Positions 16,798 through 25,752 of a stretch of 28,545 bases of DNA are shown here, piece after piece. The translations under genes and the position numbers were made by a program. The stretch comes from a virus (taxonomy: Duplodnaviria > Caudoviricetes). The stretch spans positions 1 to 28,545 of IMG/VR virus record IMGVR_UViG_3300032312_002677. One strand, written 5' to 3'. The notes below the pieces were generated by a model. That model had not been told where the DNA came from and did not search any database. It was given only the letters and a program-made list of their open reading frames with translations. Each line of letters starts with the position of its first letter. Position 1 is the first letter of the stretch.

Positions 16798-17717
16798 CAA
16801 TCGACTCCTCTAATGTCATTGCCTTTTTCCATTTCCCCAACAAAATTTCCCGAAGGCGGAGGGCCTTCTCTGTCTGGGGCAGGATTGTCATTAGGAGCTT
16901 CTTCAATGGTATCTCCTTGGCACTCTTGTTGTTCTGCCTCAACCAAAATCTCTTGCATAAGATTTAGTGATTGTCCCGGCTTGACCAAGCCTGCAGATTC
17001 AAGATCATTCGCCAAAGCTGTTTGATACGTGGCTAACAAAGCGGTTAATCCCGCTGCCGCTGCAGTGCCTGGAGATGTAGCTATTAATGCTTTTATGGCA
17101 ATTATTGCAGCAATCAAATACGCTATACCTTCTAATACATCTTCAGCCAACTCAACGCCCGGGAATTTTTGCTTTAAATACTGCGTGTAAATGACAATTT
17201 TTACACACTCGCTTACCAAGCACTGAGCGCCAGTATAAACAGCTCCTATAGCAGCGGCTATTAAGGCGGCATTTGCTGCAGTTTCTGCATTTAAATATCT
17301 ACCTATAGCATCCCTTAAATCTTGTTCCATGCCTGGGGTTAACGCATTACCTAGAATATGCTTTAACGCCAACATGGAAGCTTCTGGAGTGCAGTTGCTT
17401 AGTTTTGCTATTTTTTCAAGTAATCTTCGGACCTTTCTAGCGTCGCCTCTTAGAATATTGCTAGGAGAACCCGACCTCATATTACAGTTATATTGATGCC
17501 AAAGCTCAAAAAGCTGCTTTAAGGTGTCTATAGTAATTTTTTCTTGCTTCAAAAGATCTGCTATAGCTTTAGCGCAGGAATTATATCTGTCAACTAGAAG
17601 CTTGATAAGAGCGGCGCTTATAGTAGTTCCTCCTAGCCAAAGCAACCAAGATGTAGTATCATCTGCTGCTACCTTGTTTAAAGCGTGTTTTAATCCTAAT
17701 GTGTCACGAGATTTCAT
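16797..17717 (-). CDS. Helical protein with hydrophobic Ala/Gly-rich segments (reverse cassette gene 1)
   Basis: ATG17717. Hydrophobic stretches WLLWLGGTTISAALIKLLV, AANAALIAAAIGAVY and GIAYLIAAIIAIKALIA..GTAAAAGLTALLA; acidic Pro-rich tail. Confidence 0.78.
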   Translation of the reverse strand: MKSRDTLGLKHALNKVAADDTTSWLLWLGGTTISAALIKLLVDRYNSCAKAIADLLKQEKITIDTLKQLFELWHQYNCNMRSGSPSNILRGDARKVRRLLEKIAKLSNCTPEASMLALKHILGNALTPGMEQDLRDAIGRYLNAETAANAALIAAAIGAVYTGAQCLVSECVKIVIYTQYLKQKFPGVELAEDVLEGIAYLIAAIIAIKALIATSPGTAAAAGLTALLATYQTALANDLESAGLVKPGQSLNLMQEILVEAEQQECQGDTIEEAPNDNPAPDREGPPPSGNFVGEMEKGNDIRGVD

Positions 17718-17731
17718 ACTAAAATATACAC
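17718..17731. promoter_or_regulatory. 14-bp divergent intergenic with overlapping promoter-like elements
   Basis: Minus strand: GTGTAT(17731-17726) + 8 nt + ATG17717. Plus strand: TAAAAT(17720-17725) + 6 nt + ATG17732. Confidence 0.55.
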
Positions 17732-18742
17732 ATGCGCATAGCATTCATTAATAACTTTTACAACTTCGGGGGATCCACAAAAACGGCTTACGCTTTAGCG
17801 AAGGAATTCTCTAAAGAACATCAAATGCAATTTTATGGGTTTTGGGACGGCGAGTTCCGTGAAGCCTTCTCAAAGCTAGGAGAGGCTTTTATTTTAAATT
17901 CAATCGGTTTTGATTACGAAAAAGATTTAGACGAATCAATCCTAAGATTTGATCCAGATATAGTCCATATATTCATTCCAGGTTCACAAAATCCGAGCTA
18001 CTTCAGCAGGCTTCCACCTAGGACTAAGAAGTTTTTAACAGTTCTTTGCAATCAAAAAATTGGATTTGACCATCTTATCTTTGACAAGATATTTTTTCAA
18101 TCTGAGTACGGACAGTCTTATACAGGACTTAAATACAATGGGGTTGTTGTCAGACCTGGATATGATTATTATTTTGCTCACAGAGAGCAGAAAAAAACAC
18201 CGACGCTTTCTAGAGTTTCTGCCTTTTGCCCATCAAAATTAATAAGCCACACAGTTTACGCGGCTTCAATTTTTAAAAATAACAATTGGGTTGTTGCTGG
18301 CGAGATACAAGACCCAAAAGAATACGAAAGTATAGTTCGCACTAAACAAGAAGCGTCAATTCAAAACCTCGCAGTGGTTTCAAACTTGACTGACGAAAAA
18401 GTAAAAGCCATAATAGAAACCACGGATATTTGGCATTACCCCACTTCATCAGAAGTCTTTTGTTTTTCAGCACTGGAAGCTATGGCTGCAGCAAAGCCTA
18501 TTATAAGCTATAAACTAGACGCAGTTAAGGAGTTCTTTGATACAGACGATTGGCTTGCAGATGGCGTTGCAGACATGATAGCAAAAACAGAGAAAATGAT
18601 AAATCTAAGCCCTTCTGAAAGGCAAAAAATTGGGCTTGCAAACTATCAAAACTATTTGAAATATTCTGGTAAAAATTTCGCAGCGAGAATTATGCGGGAA
18701 TATGAATCGGTGCTGAATCCAAACAAAAGCGTAACGCTATAA
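17732..18742 (+). CDS. GT-B (GT4) glycosyltransferase
   Basis: MRIAF...FGGS, PDIVHI, and EVFCFSALEAMAAAKPII. Confidence 0.9.
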   Translation: MRIAFINNFYNFGGSTKTAYALAKEFSKEHQMQFYGFWDGEFREAFSKLGEAFILNSIGFDYEKDLDESILRFDPDIVHIFIPGSQNPSYFSRLPPRTKKFLTVLCNQKIGFDHLIFDKIFFQSEYGQSYTGLKYNGVVVRPGYDYYFAHREQKKTPTLSRVSAFCPSKLISHTVYAASIFKNNNWVVAGEIQDPKEYESIVRTKQEASIQNLAVVSNLTDEKVKAIIETTDIWHYPTSSEVFCFSALEAMAAAKPIISYKLDAVKEFFDTDDWLADGVADMIAKTEKMINLSPSERQKIGLANYQNYLKYSGKNFAARIMREYESVLNPNKSVTL

Positions 18743-18745
18743 TAG
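18736..18745 (+). promoter_or_regulatory. GCTATAATAG -10-like element
   Basis: TATAAT 18738-18743, 9 nt before the RNR ATG; identical decamer at 13534-13543. Confidence 0.5.
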
Positions 18746-18752
18746 AGTCACC

Positions 18753-20678
18753 ATGTCAAATCAATTGCCAACACAGTATCAGCAGTTTATTCATCTAAGT
18801 AGGTATTCACGTTGGTTGTCCGAAGAAAAACGCCGAGAAACTTGGGAAGAAACAGTTGATAGGTACTTTAAGTTTTTCAAGGAGCATCTTTCTGAAAAGC
18901 ATAAGTTTATTTTAACATCAGAATTAGAAAAGGAGCTTAAGCAGGCTATTCTTAATCTAGAGATCATGCCTAGTATGCGCGCTCTTATGACAGCAGGAGA
19001 AGCTCTTAAGAGAGATAATACGGCAGGATATAACTGCTCGTATGTTGCAGTCAACAATGTAAAAGCATTTGATGAAATACTGTACGTTCTGATGTGTGGA
19101 ACTGGAGTTGGGTTTAGTGTAGAAAGACAATATGTTGAAAAGCTTCCTACGATTGCTGAGACATTTAGTCCTTCGGACACAACTATCATTGTTCAAGACA
19201 GCAAGGCGGGATGGGCTAGAGCTTTCAGAGAACTCATCTCTTTACTTATTGGTGGGCAAATTCCGAAATGGGACGTTAGTAAGATTCGTCCTGCAGGAGC
19301 GAGACTTAAGACTTTTGGCGGGCGGGCCTCAGGCCCAGAGCCGCTTGATGACCTGTTCAGGTTTACAACTGAAACTTTTAAAAAGGCTGCTGGCCGAAAA
19401 CTTACTTCAATTGAGTGTCATGACATCGTTTGTAAGGTTGCGGAAATTGTCGTGGTCGGAGGTGTTAGACGATCCGCTCTTATATCACTCAGTAACCTCA
19501 CGGACGAAAGAATGCGAGATGCCAAGAGTGGCGCTTGGTGGCACGAAAACCCACAAAGAGCATTAGCAAATAACTCCGTCGCATACAAGGAAAAGCCGGA
19601 GATAGGCACCTTCATGGAGGAGTGGCTTGCCTTGTACAAGAGTAAGAGCGGAGAGCGAGGCCTATTTAATAGAGACGCCTGCAAGAAGACAGTGTCTAAG
19701 CTTGGCGATAGAAGAGACAGCTCTCATGAATTTGGAACGAACCCATGCTCTGAGATCATTCTAAGAGACAAGGAATTCTGCAATCTCACAGAGGTTGTTG
19801 TCCGACCTGAAGACGACTACAACAGTCTCTCTAGAAAGGTTAGGCTAGCAGCTATACTTGGAACATTCCAAGCCTCTTTAACATATTTTCCATACCTTTC
19901 AACTAGCTGGAAGAAGAATTGCGAAGAAGAAGCCTTGCTAGGAGTTTCGCTTACAGGTATAACAGATAACCAAATGATGCGTGACCTCAAGTGGATTGAA
20001 AAAGCGCTTCCTGAACTTAAGAACGTAGCTGTAAATACAAATGAATGGTTTGCAAAAGAAATAGGCATCAACTCTGCTGCGGCAATAACCTGCGTTAAGC
20101 CTTCAGGAACTGTGTCTCAGCTGGTTGATGCGGCTTCAGGCATACATGCAAGACACAACCAATTCTACATCAGAACTGTTCGCGCAGACAAGAAAGATCC
20201 GCTTTGTAAGCTGATGGTTGACGCCGGTTTTCCACATGAGCCATGCGTTATGAAACCTGATCACACTATGGTTTTTTCATTCCCTGTCAAGTCTCCAGAC
20301 GGGTGCGTGACTAGAAATGATATGAACGCAATTGAACAGTTAGAGCTTTGGTTGGCGTATCAACGCTTATGGTGCGAACACAAGCCTTCTGTCACTATAA
20401 CCGTAAAGGAGCACGAGTGGATGGATGTAGGCGCTTGGGTTTACGGTCATTTTGACGAAATATCAGGAATTTCATTCCTTCCTCATTCAGACCACAGCTA
20501 TAAGCAGGCACCGTATCAAGACTGCACAAAAGATCAATATGAAGCTTTATTAGCAAAAATGCCAAAGAATGTAGATTGGACAAAGCTTTCAGAATATGAA
20601 GTAGACGATAGCACAAAGGGAACTCAGACTTTCGCTTGTTCTGGCGACTCATGTGAAGTTGTAGATTTATCTAATTGA
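18753..20678 (+). CDS. nrdJ: Class II (adenosylcobalamin-dependent) ribonucleotide reductase, monomeric RTPR type
   Basis: RRETWEETV.RY, YNC, VVVGGVRRSALISL, GTNPCSEI, FCNLTEV, TCVKPSGTVSQL, and C-terminal CSGDSC. No intein-sized insertion. Confidence 0.95.
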   Translation: MSNQLPTQYQQFIHLSRYSRWLSEEKRRETWEETVDRYFKFFKEHLSEKHKFILTSELEKELKQAILNLEIMPSMRALMTAGEALKRDNTAGYNCSYVAVNNVKAFDEILYVLMCGTGVGFSVERQYVEKLPTIAETFSPSDTTIIVQDSKAGWARAFRELISLLIGGQIPKWDVSKIRPAGARLKTFGGRASGPEPLDDLFRFTTETFKKAAGRKLTSIECHDIVCKVAEIVVVGGVRRSALISLSNLTDERMRDAKSGAWWHENPQRALANNSVAYKEKPEIGTFMEEWLALYKSKSGERGLFNRDACKKTVSKLGDRRDSSHEFGTNPCSEIILRDKEFCNLTEVVVRPEDDYNSLSRKVRLAAILGTFQASLTYFPYLSTSWKKNCEEEALLGVSLTGITDNQMMRDLKWIEKALPELKNVAVNTNEWFAKEIGINSAAAITCVKPSGTVSQLVDAASGIHARHNQFYIRTVRADKKDPLCKLMVDAGFPHEPCVMKPDHTMVFSFPVKSPDGCVTRNDMNAIEQLELWLAYQRLWCEHKPSVTITVKEHEWMDVGAWVYGHFDEISGISFLPHSDHSYKQAPYQDCTKDQYEALLAKMPKNVDWTKLSEYEVDDSTKGTQTFACSGDSCEVVDLSN

Positions 20679-20685
20679 GGAAAAC

Positions 20686-21135
20686 ATGTCAAAAAATACA
20701 GAAGTAAAGATTAAGTTTTTAGAAAACAACAATCTAAAAAAACTACCGGTGTATGCAACTGACGGTTCAGCAGGCATGGATTTTTACGCTTGCGGAAACT
20801 ACGAACTATTACCAGGCGATGTAAGATTAGTAAGGACTGGTATAGCCCTAGAGATCCCTAATGGGTATGAACTTCAAATAAGATCTAGAAGCGGTCTTGC
20901 ATTAAAGAATCATGTATTTGTTCTTAATGCGCCAGGCACTATAGATTCAGACTATAGAGGAGAAGTCGGTGTTATTATATGCAATTTAGGACCGTATGCA
21001 TATAGAATAAATGAGGGTGATAGAATTGCGCAAGGAGTATTGTGCGAATATGAAAAGGCTGATCTAAAACTAGTGGAAGATATATCTACAACAGAAAGAT
21101 CGGTCGGAGGTTTTGGATCCACCGGAACCAAATAG
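20686..21135 (+). CDS. dut: Trimeric dUTPase
   Basis: SAGMD, RSRSGLA, GTIDSDYRGE, RIAQ, R..GGFGSTG. Confidence 0.97.
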   Translation: MSKNTEVKIKFLENNNLKKLPVYATDGSAGMDFYACGNYELLPGDVRLVRTGIALEIPNGYELQIRSRSGLALKNHVFVLNAPGTIDSDYRGEVGVIICNLGPYAYRINEGDRIAQGVLCEYEKADLKLVEDISTTERSVGGFGSTGTK

Positions 21136-21146
21136 TGTATAAATCA
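21135..21146 (+). promoter_or_regulatory. GTGTATW promoter-like motif
   Basis: GTGTATAAATCACC-ATG21149 (8-nt spacing, no SD). Confidence 0.6.
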
Positions 21147-21148
21147 CC

Positions 21149-21523
21149 ATGAGTCTCAGTGCAGAAAAATATGTAATAAAATTTAAGGAAGAGCTTCTAA
21201 GACTTTACTCAGCTTTTTATTCTGGACTGGAGCTTGACATAGCGATTTACGATCAAAAGACGGACGACATGCAAAAAAGAGCTTGCCTTCTAGCAAGCCT
21301 TTCGCATAGGAACGAAGATAAAGACCTAGACTTTTCCATAGACAAAAAGGTAAGAATTACCAAAACAGATCTATATACCTCAGACGAGCTTTTTTCAGTT
21401 GTTTTATGTGAAGAGCACGTAAAGAAGGGAAGGCTTACTAGAGAGGGAGATTTCTATATGACTTCATCTTCTGATGAGTTTAAAGAAATACCAAAGTACA
21501 AGAAATATATCCGAGTTAAATAA
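21149..21523 (+). CDS. Hypothetical protein
   Basis: 124-aa ORF with weak resemblance to 7746..8150. Confidence 0.7.
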   Translation: MSLSAEKYVIKFKEELLRLYSAFYSGLELDIAIYDQKTDDMQKRACLLASLSHRNEDKDLDFSIDKKVRITKTDLYTSDELFSVVLCEEHVKKGRLTREGDFYMTSSSDEFKEIPKYKKYIRVK

Positions 21524-21876
21524 TGCCAATCTATCCATTCTACTGCAAAAAATGCGGTCATTCTGAGGAACTCTTTTTAAAGATGTCGGATGATAAACCG
21601 ACAGTTTGTCCTAAAAACGACTGTCTTGGGGAGTATTGCAGAGACTATGCAGGAATTGGTGCTGTGATCGATTCAAATCAACCAAAAACAATTGGGGATT
21701 TGGCCGATGCTAACACGGAACGGCTAGTAAAGGAAGGAAAGATTCCTAAGTCCACTTTAAGTTGGGACACAAAAAGAAAAGAAATTAGAAAAAAGAAAGA
21801 GCACGCAAAGGACATAGCAAAAATGACGCCTGCTCAGAAAACCCACTATATTATGACAGGAGAAAAAAAGATATGA
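21523..21876 (+). CDS. FmdB-family zinc-ribbon protein
   Basis: MPIYPFYCKKCGH..E...KMSD.....CP...C. Confidence 0.85.
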   Translation: MPIYPFYCKKCGHSEELFLKMSDDKPTVCPKNDCLGEYCRDYAGIGAVIDSNQPKTIGDLADANTERLVKEGKIPKSTLSWDTKRKEIRKKKEHAKDIAKMTPAQKTHYIMTGEKKI

Positions 21877-22172
21877 GCATTAAATTTGAAAAAATAGAAA
21901 AAGAAGAATTCGAAGCAAACATGGCTACATTATTTTGCGATGAAACTGGCAAAAAGATGTTAGAAATTATAATCATGGACTCAGATAAAAAGAATACTGT
22001 TCAAGCGAAATGGAGTAATTTCAACTCTCAAACCAGTGGAAAGCATGAGATAATTGGCGACATATACTGCAGCCCAATTGAAACTGCTACCCAAAAGACT
22101 GCTATAATCAAAGTAATGACCGAAGATAAAGGCAAAACCACAAATCATCGGGTGATAGTGAAATCAATATGA
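21873..22172 (+). CDS. Hypothetical protein
   Basis: ATGA-coupled 99-aa ORF. Confidence 0.7.
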   Translation: MSIKFEKIEKEEFEANMATLFCDETGKKMLEIIIMDSDKKNTVQAKWSNFNSQTSGKHEIIGDIYCSPIETATQKTAIIKVMTEDKGKTTNHRVIVKSI

Positions 22173-22507
22173 AATTTATAAGCAATGCAGATGAAATGCG
22201 GGCAGAAAAAGACGTCAGTGTAAATCTTGTCACAGAGACAGGAGCTGTTACAAATAGCGAATCTTTAGCTGCTGCTAAATCCGTCTCAACAAGCGGATCG
22301 ACCAAGTTCTTGATAAGAGCTTCCAAAAGACAAAGAAGACTCTACAATCCAATAGTAGACAAGATAGATCAAAAAAGCGTAATCAGAACAGAGCTGGAAT
22401 TTGATTTCCAAGATGTATCAAAGGATTGCTACGACTCTTATATAGAGTATCTTAAGACAAGAAATAGCTATATGCTAACAAAGGCAGAGCTTTTTGCGAA
22501 GAGATAA
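22169..22507 (+). CDS. Hypothetical protein
   Basis: ATGA-coupled 112-aa ORF. Confidence 0.7.
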   Translation: MKFISNADEMRAEKDVSVNLVTETGAVTNSESLAAAKSVSTSGSTKFLIRASKRQRRLYNPIVDKIDQKSVIRTELEFDFQDVSKDCYDSYIEYLKTRNSYMLTKAELFAKR

Positions 22508-22508
22508 T

Positions 22509-22763
22509 ATGCAAAAAAATAAAGTTTTAAAGCTTAAAAAAGCCGTGTTTAGTGCCGTCTTAGACAACTGCAAGACTGAAGACGCAGAGCTTTTATCTGC
22601 AAAATTGGCTGTGATTATCGATGACTATTTTGAAATGATTGACAAGCCAAAGTCAAAACCTTATCTAGCGCCAACTGGCGAAGATAATCCTTCTAATGGC
22701 TCTGTGGTCAGAACGAAAGGACAGTCTGAAAAAGCAGACGCTTTTAGAGCCGGCAGCGCATGA
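22509..22763 (+). CDS. Hypothetical protein
   Basis: ATG22509 directly follows the upstream stop. Confidence 0.65.
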   Translation: MQKNKVLKLKKAVFSAVLDNCKTEDAELLSAKLAVIIDDYFEMIDKPKSKPYLAPTGEDNPSNGSVVRTKGQSEKADAFRAGSA

Positions 22764-23188
22764 ACGAATACATAAATTCAAATCTAAGAATAGTTTGGAT
22801 ATTGACGTTGGGTGGCGGAGAAATGATCCACGACAACGTACAAAAGCCTGGCGATATTTCTGTTTGGCGCAAGACTCAAGAGTCATTGATAGATAGGCCT
22901 AAAAATATAAGACTCGCCATAATAAGCGAAAATAGAATAGTAAAAGAAGTGATAATGGGTGAAAGCTCAAGTCATTTCTTTTTCTCAAGAAGATCAAGAC
23001 TGACTCTTGGAGAACATGCATCAAAAGAAGAGTATGGTATTGGCTATCATGATGGTCAGTCCAATACCGTTAGGATAACTTGGTATGACGAAAATCTAGA
23101 CCCTGTAGAGCTTGACATACGAGAATTTGAGAAATGCCAACAGACACTAATACCAAAGATTTCGACAGCATATTCGTTCCAAAGCTAA
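22760..23188 (+). CDS. Hypothetical protein
   Basis: ATGA-coupled 142-aa ORF. Confidence 0.7.
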   Translation: MNEYINSNLRIVWILTLGGGEMIHDNVQKPGDISVWRKTQESLIDRPKNIRLAIISENRIVKEVIMGESSSHFFFSRRSRLTLGEHASKEEYGIGYHDGQSNTVRITWYDENLDPVELDIREFEKCQQTLIPKISTAYSFQS

Positions 23189-23592
23189 AGATTCCTATCG
23201 AAGCTTTGATCACAGAAACAATAATAGACAACAAAATCAAATGGAGAGCTAAATCAGGGGCCAATATAACAAGACCTCTGGTTCCTTTTTGGCGCAAGTC
23301 TATTTGCAAAGATTATCCCGAGCTTAAACAGCTTGGAGAGGAATACTCTTTGGAAATATCTTATGTTAAAAACCTATTGCACATCTTCGATCAATCAAAC
23401 GTGCTAGAATACGTGAAGGAGCGAGGAATAATAACGTTCAGATTCCTTCCTTTGGACAAGCAAAAAACAGTAGTTTACAATCTGTTCCAAAGAGAATTGG
23501 AAAGAAGATCTGATAAAAAGGAAGTAAAGAAAATAGTGATCCCCAAAGAACAGACATTCTTCAGGGAATCAAAAGGATCATCAATTATATGA
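23134..23592 (+). CDS. Hypothetical protein
   Basis: 152-aa ORF coupled to recA. Confidence 0.7.
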   Translation: MPTDTNTKDFDSIFVPKLKIPIEALITETIIDNKIKWRAKSGANITRPLVPFWRKSICKDYPELKQLGEEYSLEISYVKNLLHIFDQSNVLEYVKERGIITFRFLPLDKQKTVVYNLFQRELERRSDKKEVKKIVIPKEQTFFRESKGSSII

Positions 23593-24560
23593 GCAAAACA
23601 GACTTAACCCTAGAGAACTTCTTGATACCCGTAACCTCTCTCAAGGAGGAGCAAGGCAGAACATTTAAGACGACGCTATCTTTAGATATAGCGCTTTCAG
23701 GAGGAATACCTGAGGGATCAAGCGTTTTGATGAGTGGAAAGCCTAAGGTTGGCAAGACAACACTTGCTCTTCACTATGTTCAGCAGTGTCACAGAGAAGA
23801 TCCAACTAAGAAGGCTTTCTTTTTCGATGTAGAAGGCCGCCTGAGAACAGAGCTTCTAGACTGCTTCCCCGATCTTAACAGAGAAAATGTAGCTATAGTT
23901 AGATCCAATGAGAACAAAATTCTCAGCGCCGAAGACTTCCTAAATCTTCTGTATACCACTCTAAAAGACTATCCCAAGTGCATTTGCATACTTGACTCAA
24001 TCGCCGCTCTTTGCCCTGAAGCAGAGCTGTCTTCCAACATAGGCGATGGCGTAAAGATGGCTGGTACAGCTAGCTTAATGTACAAAATGTTTAGGCGCGT
24101 CAGCCAAATACTTCCTGTAACCAAGAGCACATTCATAGCTTTGACTCATATGATTGCAAACCCGAATCCTGGGCCTGGCAAAAAGAGCTATGGCGTAGGT
24201 GGCAATGCTCCTCAATACGGAGCTTCGGTTTGGCTTGAAGGCGGATGGAAGCAGGACATAGAAGATACCAATAGCAAGACTATAGGACAAAATGCTCATT
24301 TCTACATAGTGGCATCAGCACTTGGCTCACCAGGTGCGGACGTATCAATCCCGATTATATACGGCAAAGGCGTGGACGAGACAATGGATCTATTTAACCT
24401 AGCATGCGAGTTTGGTATCATATCAAAGTCTGGCGCTTGGTATACTGTGCCCGGAGTAAAAGAAAAGCTCCAAGGGCAAATGAACGTAATAGATTACTTG
24501 AGGAAAAATGAACAGCTAAATAAGGATATCTATGAACAAATCAGAACAATGGCGATCTAA
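23589..24560 (+). CDS. recA: RecA/UvsX-like recombinase
   Basis: SLDIALSGGIP, Walker A GKPKVGKT, FDVE, ILDSIAAL.P.AE, GGNA, and I.KSGAWY. Confidence 0.93.
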   Translation: MSKTDLTLENFLIPVTSLKEEQGRTFKTTLSLDIALSGGIPEGSSVLMSGKPKVGKTTLALHYVQQCHREDPTKKAFFFDVEGRLRTELLDCFPDLNRENVAIVRSNENKILSAEDFLNLLYTTLKDYPKCICILDSIAALCPEAELSSNIGDGVKMAGTASLMYKMFRRVSQILPVTKSTFIALTHMIANPNPGPGKKSYGVGGNAPQYGASVWLEGGWKQDIEDTNSKTIGQNAHFYIVASALGSPGADVSIPIIYGKGVDETMDLFNLACEFGIISKSGAWYTVPGVKEKLQGQMNVIDYLRKNEQLNKDIYEQIRTMAI

Positions 24561-24570
24561 AAGGGATAAC

Positions 24571-24885
24571 ATGAAATTTAAAAAAATAGAAACAAGCAAG
24601 CAGTCACAAAGCGACGAGTTCACAGTTGACGATGTGAAAATGGTAAGACTTTCCTTTACATTTCCTGTTTGGAAAAACGCTTCCGTGGAAGACATTCTAT
24701 CTGAGTTTAATGACGCAGATGCAGTCTATACTTTAGCTTTTGGACTAGAAGAAGCCAAGCCTACGTTACAAGACCTAGAGAAATTCAATAAGTCAATTTC
24801 AGACGATTGGTATCTTTATCACAGAGAGCTGGACGTAACAGTTAAGGATATAATCGAAAACTCAAAGAAGAGCAAGAAAAAATGA
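24571..24885 (+). CDS. Hypothetical protein
   Basis: ATG24571 with AAGGGA SD after the recA stop. Confidence 0.7.
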   Translation: MKFKKIETSKQSQSDEFTVDDVKMVRLSFTFPVWKNASVEDILSEFNDADAVYTLAFGLEEAKPTLQDLEKFNKSISDDWYLYHRELDVTVKDIIENSKKSKKK

Positions 24886-25280
24886 AAGTCAAATCTGTGA
24901 ACGATCCAACCAAGATAATAACTTGGGATTTGCGAGAAAGTTCATGGCCAATGAAGTCTGCCTCAACTTGCAGATCAAAGATACAGCACGAAATAGGAAA
25001 GATAATAAGACAGAGATTTCCTTTGGATCCTGTTCTTGAGGATGTGACTATTCCTGAAACCAGGCTGTCAATAGACTTTTATATTCCACACAGAAAGATA
25101 GCCGTGGAAGTACAAGGAGAGCAGCATGACGAAATGAATCCTTACTTTCATAAGTCGAATGCTGAGTTTGAAGAACAAAAGCAAAGGGATGAAACCAAAA
25201 GGTTCTTTTGCGAACTTAATGGCATCAGGCTTTTAGAGCTAAGGACAACAAAAGATGCAAACAAGCACTTCTACATCTGA
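24882..25280 (+). CDS. DUF559/Vsr-like endonuclease
   Basis: IDFYIP..KIAVEVQGEQH...RD..K..FC..NGI.L. Confidence 0.85.
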   Translation: MKVKSVNDPTKIITWDLRESSWPMKSASTCRSKIQHEIGKIIRQRFPLDPVLEDVTIPETRLSIDFYIPHRKIAVEVQGEQHDEMNPYFHKSNAEFEEQKQRDETKRFFCELNGIRLLELRTTKDANKHFYI

Positions 25281-25752
25281 AGACAAGTCATCGGTAAAGT
25301 CTAGGATAATTGACAAGATAAACGAAATGCAGGGATCTGTAAGGCTGAACTTTACAGTACCTGAAGAGATAGACAACATCATAAACCTAAGCAGAGGCGA
25401 TTTAAAGACTATGGGTGGTGAAGAGCTTTCCATAAATTGCGTTAGGCTTGCTCAATATGCTCTATTCATAAAGACAGAGATAAATAAGATGCGTTCTGCC
25501 CATAATTGGTGCGAGGCTAATATAGACAGCATCATTGGCCGAGAAGCCACAAACACAAGCGGCTATGGCATAGGAGAAAAGAGTTTGATCATAAAGAGAA
25601 ACGATCCTGTCGCAAAAGAATTAGAGTCAACTAGAATACAGTTTGCTTCTAGGGTCACTATGCTTGAGGATATAGACAGAAAGGTCGAGTTCTTGGCTAA
25701 CGCCATGAAGTCCTTGGCTATCGAAAAGAGAGGGTCATTCCATGACAGATAA
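25255..25752 (+). CDS. Helical protein, possible UvsY-like recombination mediator
   Basis: All-alpha coiled-coil pattern; size and position between recA and dnaB. The function is an inference. Confidence 0.45.
   Translation: MQTSTSTSEDKSSVKSRIIDKINEMQGSVRLNFTVPEEIDNIINLSRGDLKTMGGEELSINCVRLAQYALFIKTEINKMRSAHNWCEANIDSIIGREATNTSGYGIGEKSLIIKRNDPVAKELESTRIQFASRVTMLEDIDRKVEFLANAMKSLAIEKRGSFHDR

Noticed and set aside
16140-17745. Invertible segment explaining the reverse cassette
   Set aside because: Only a 6-bp inverted match (AATGCT/AGCATT) flanks it, and there is no recombinase in the window.
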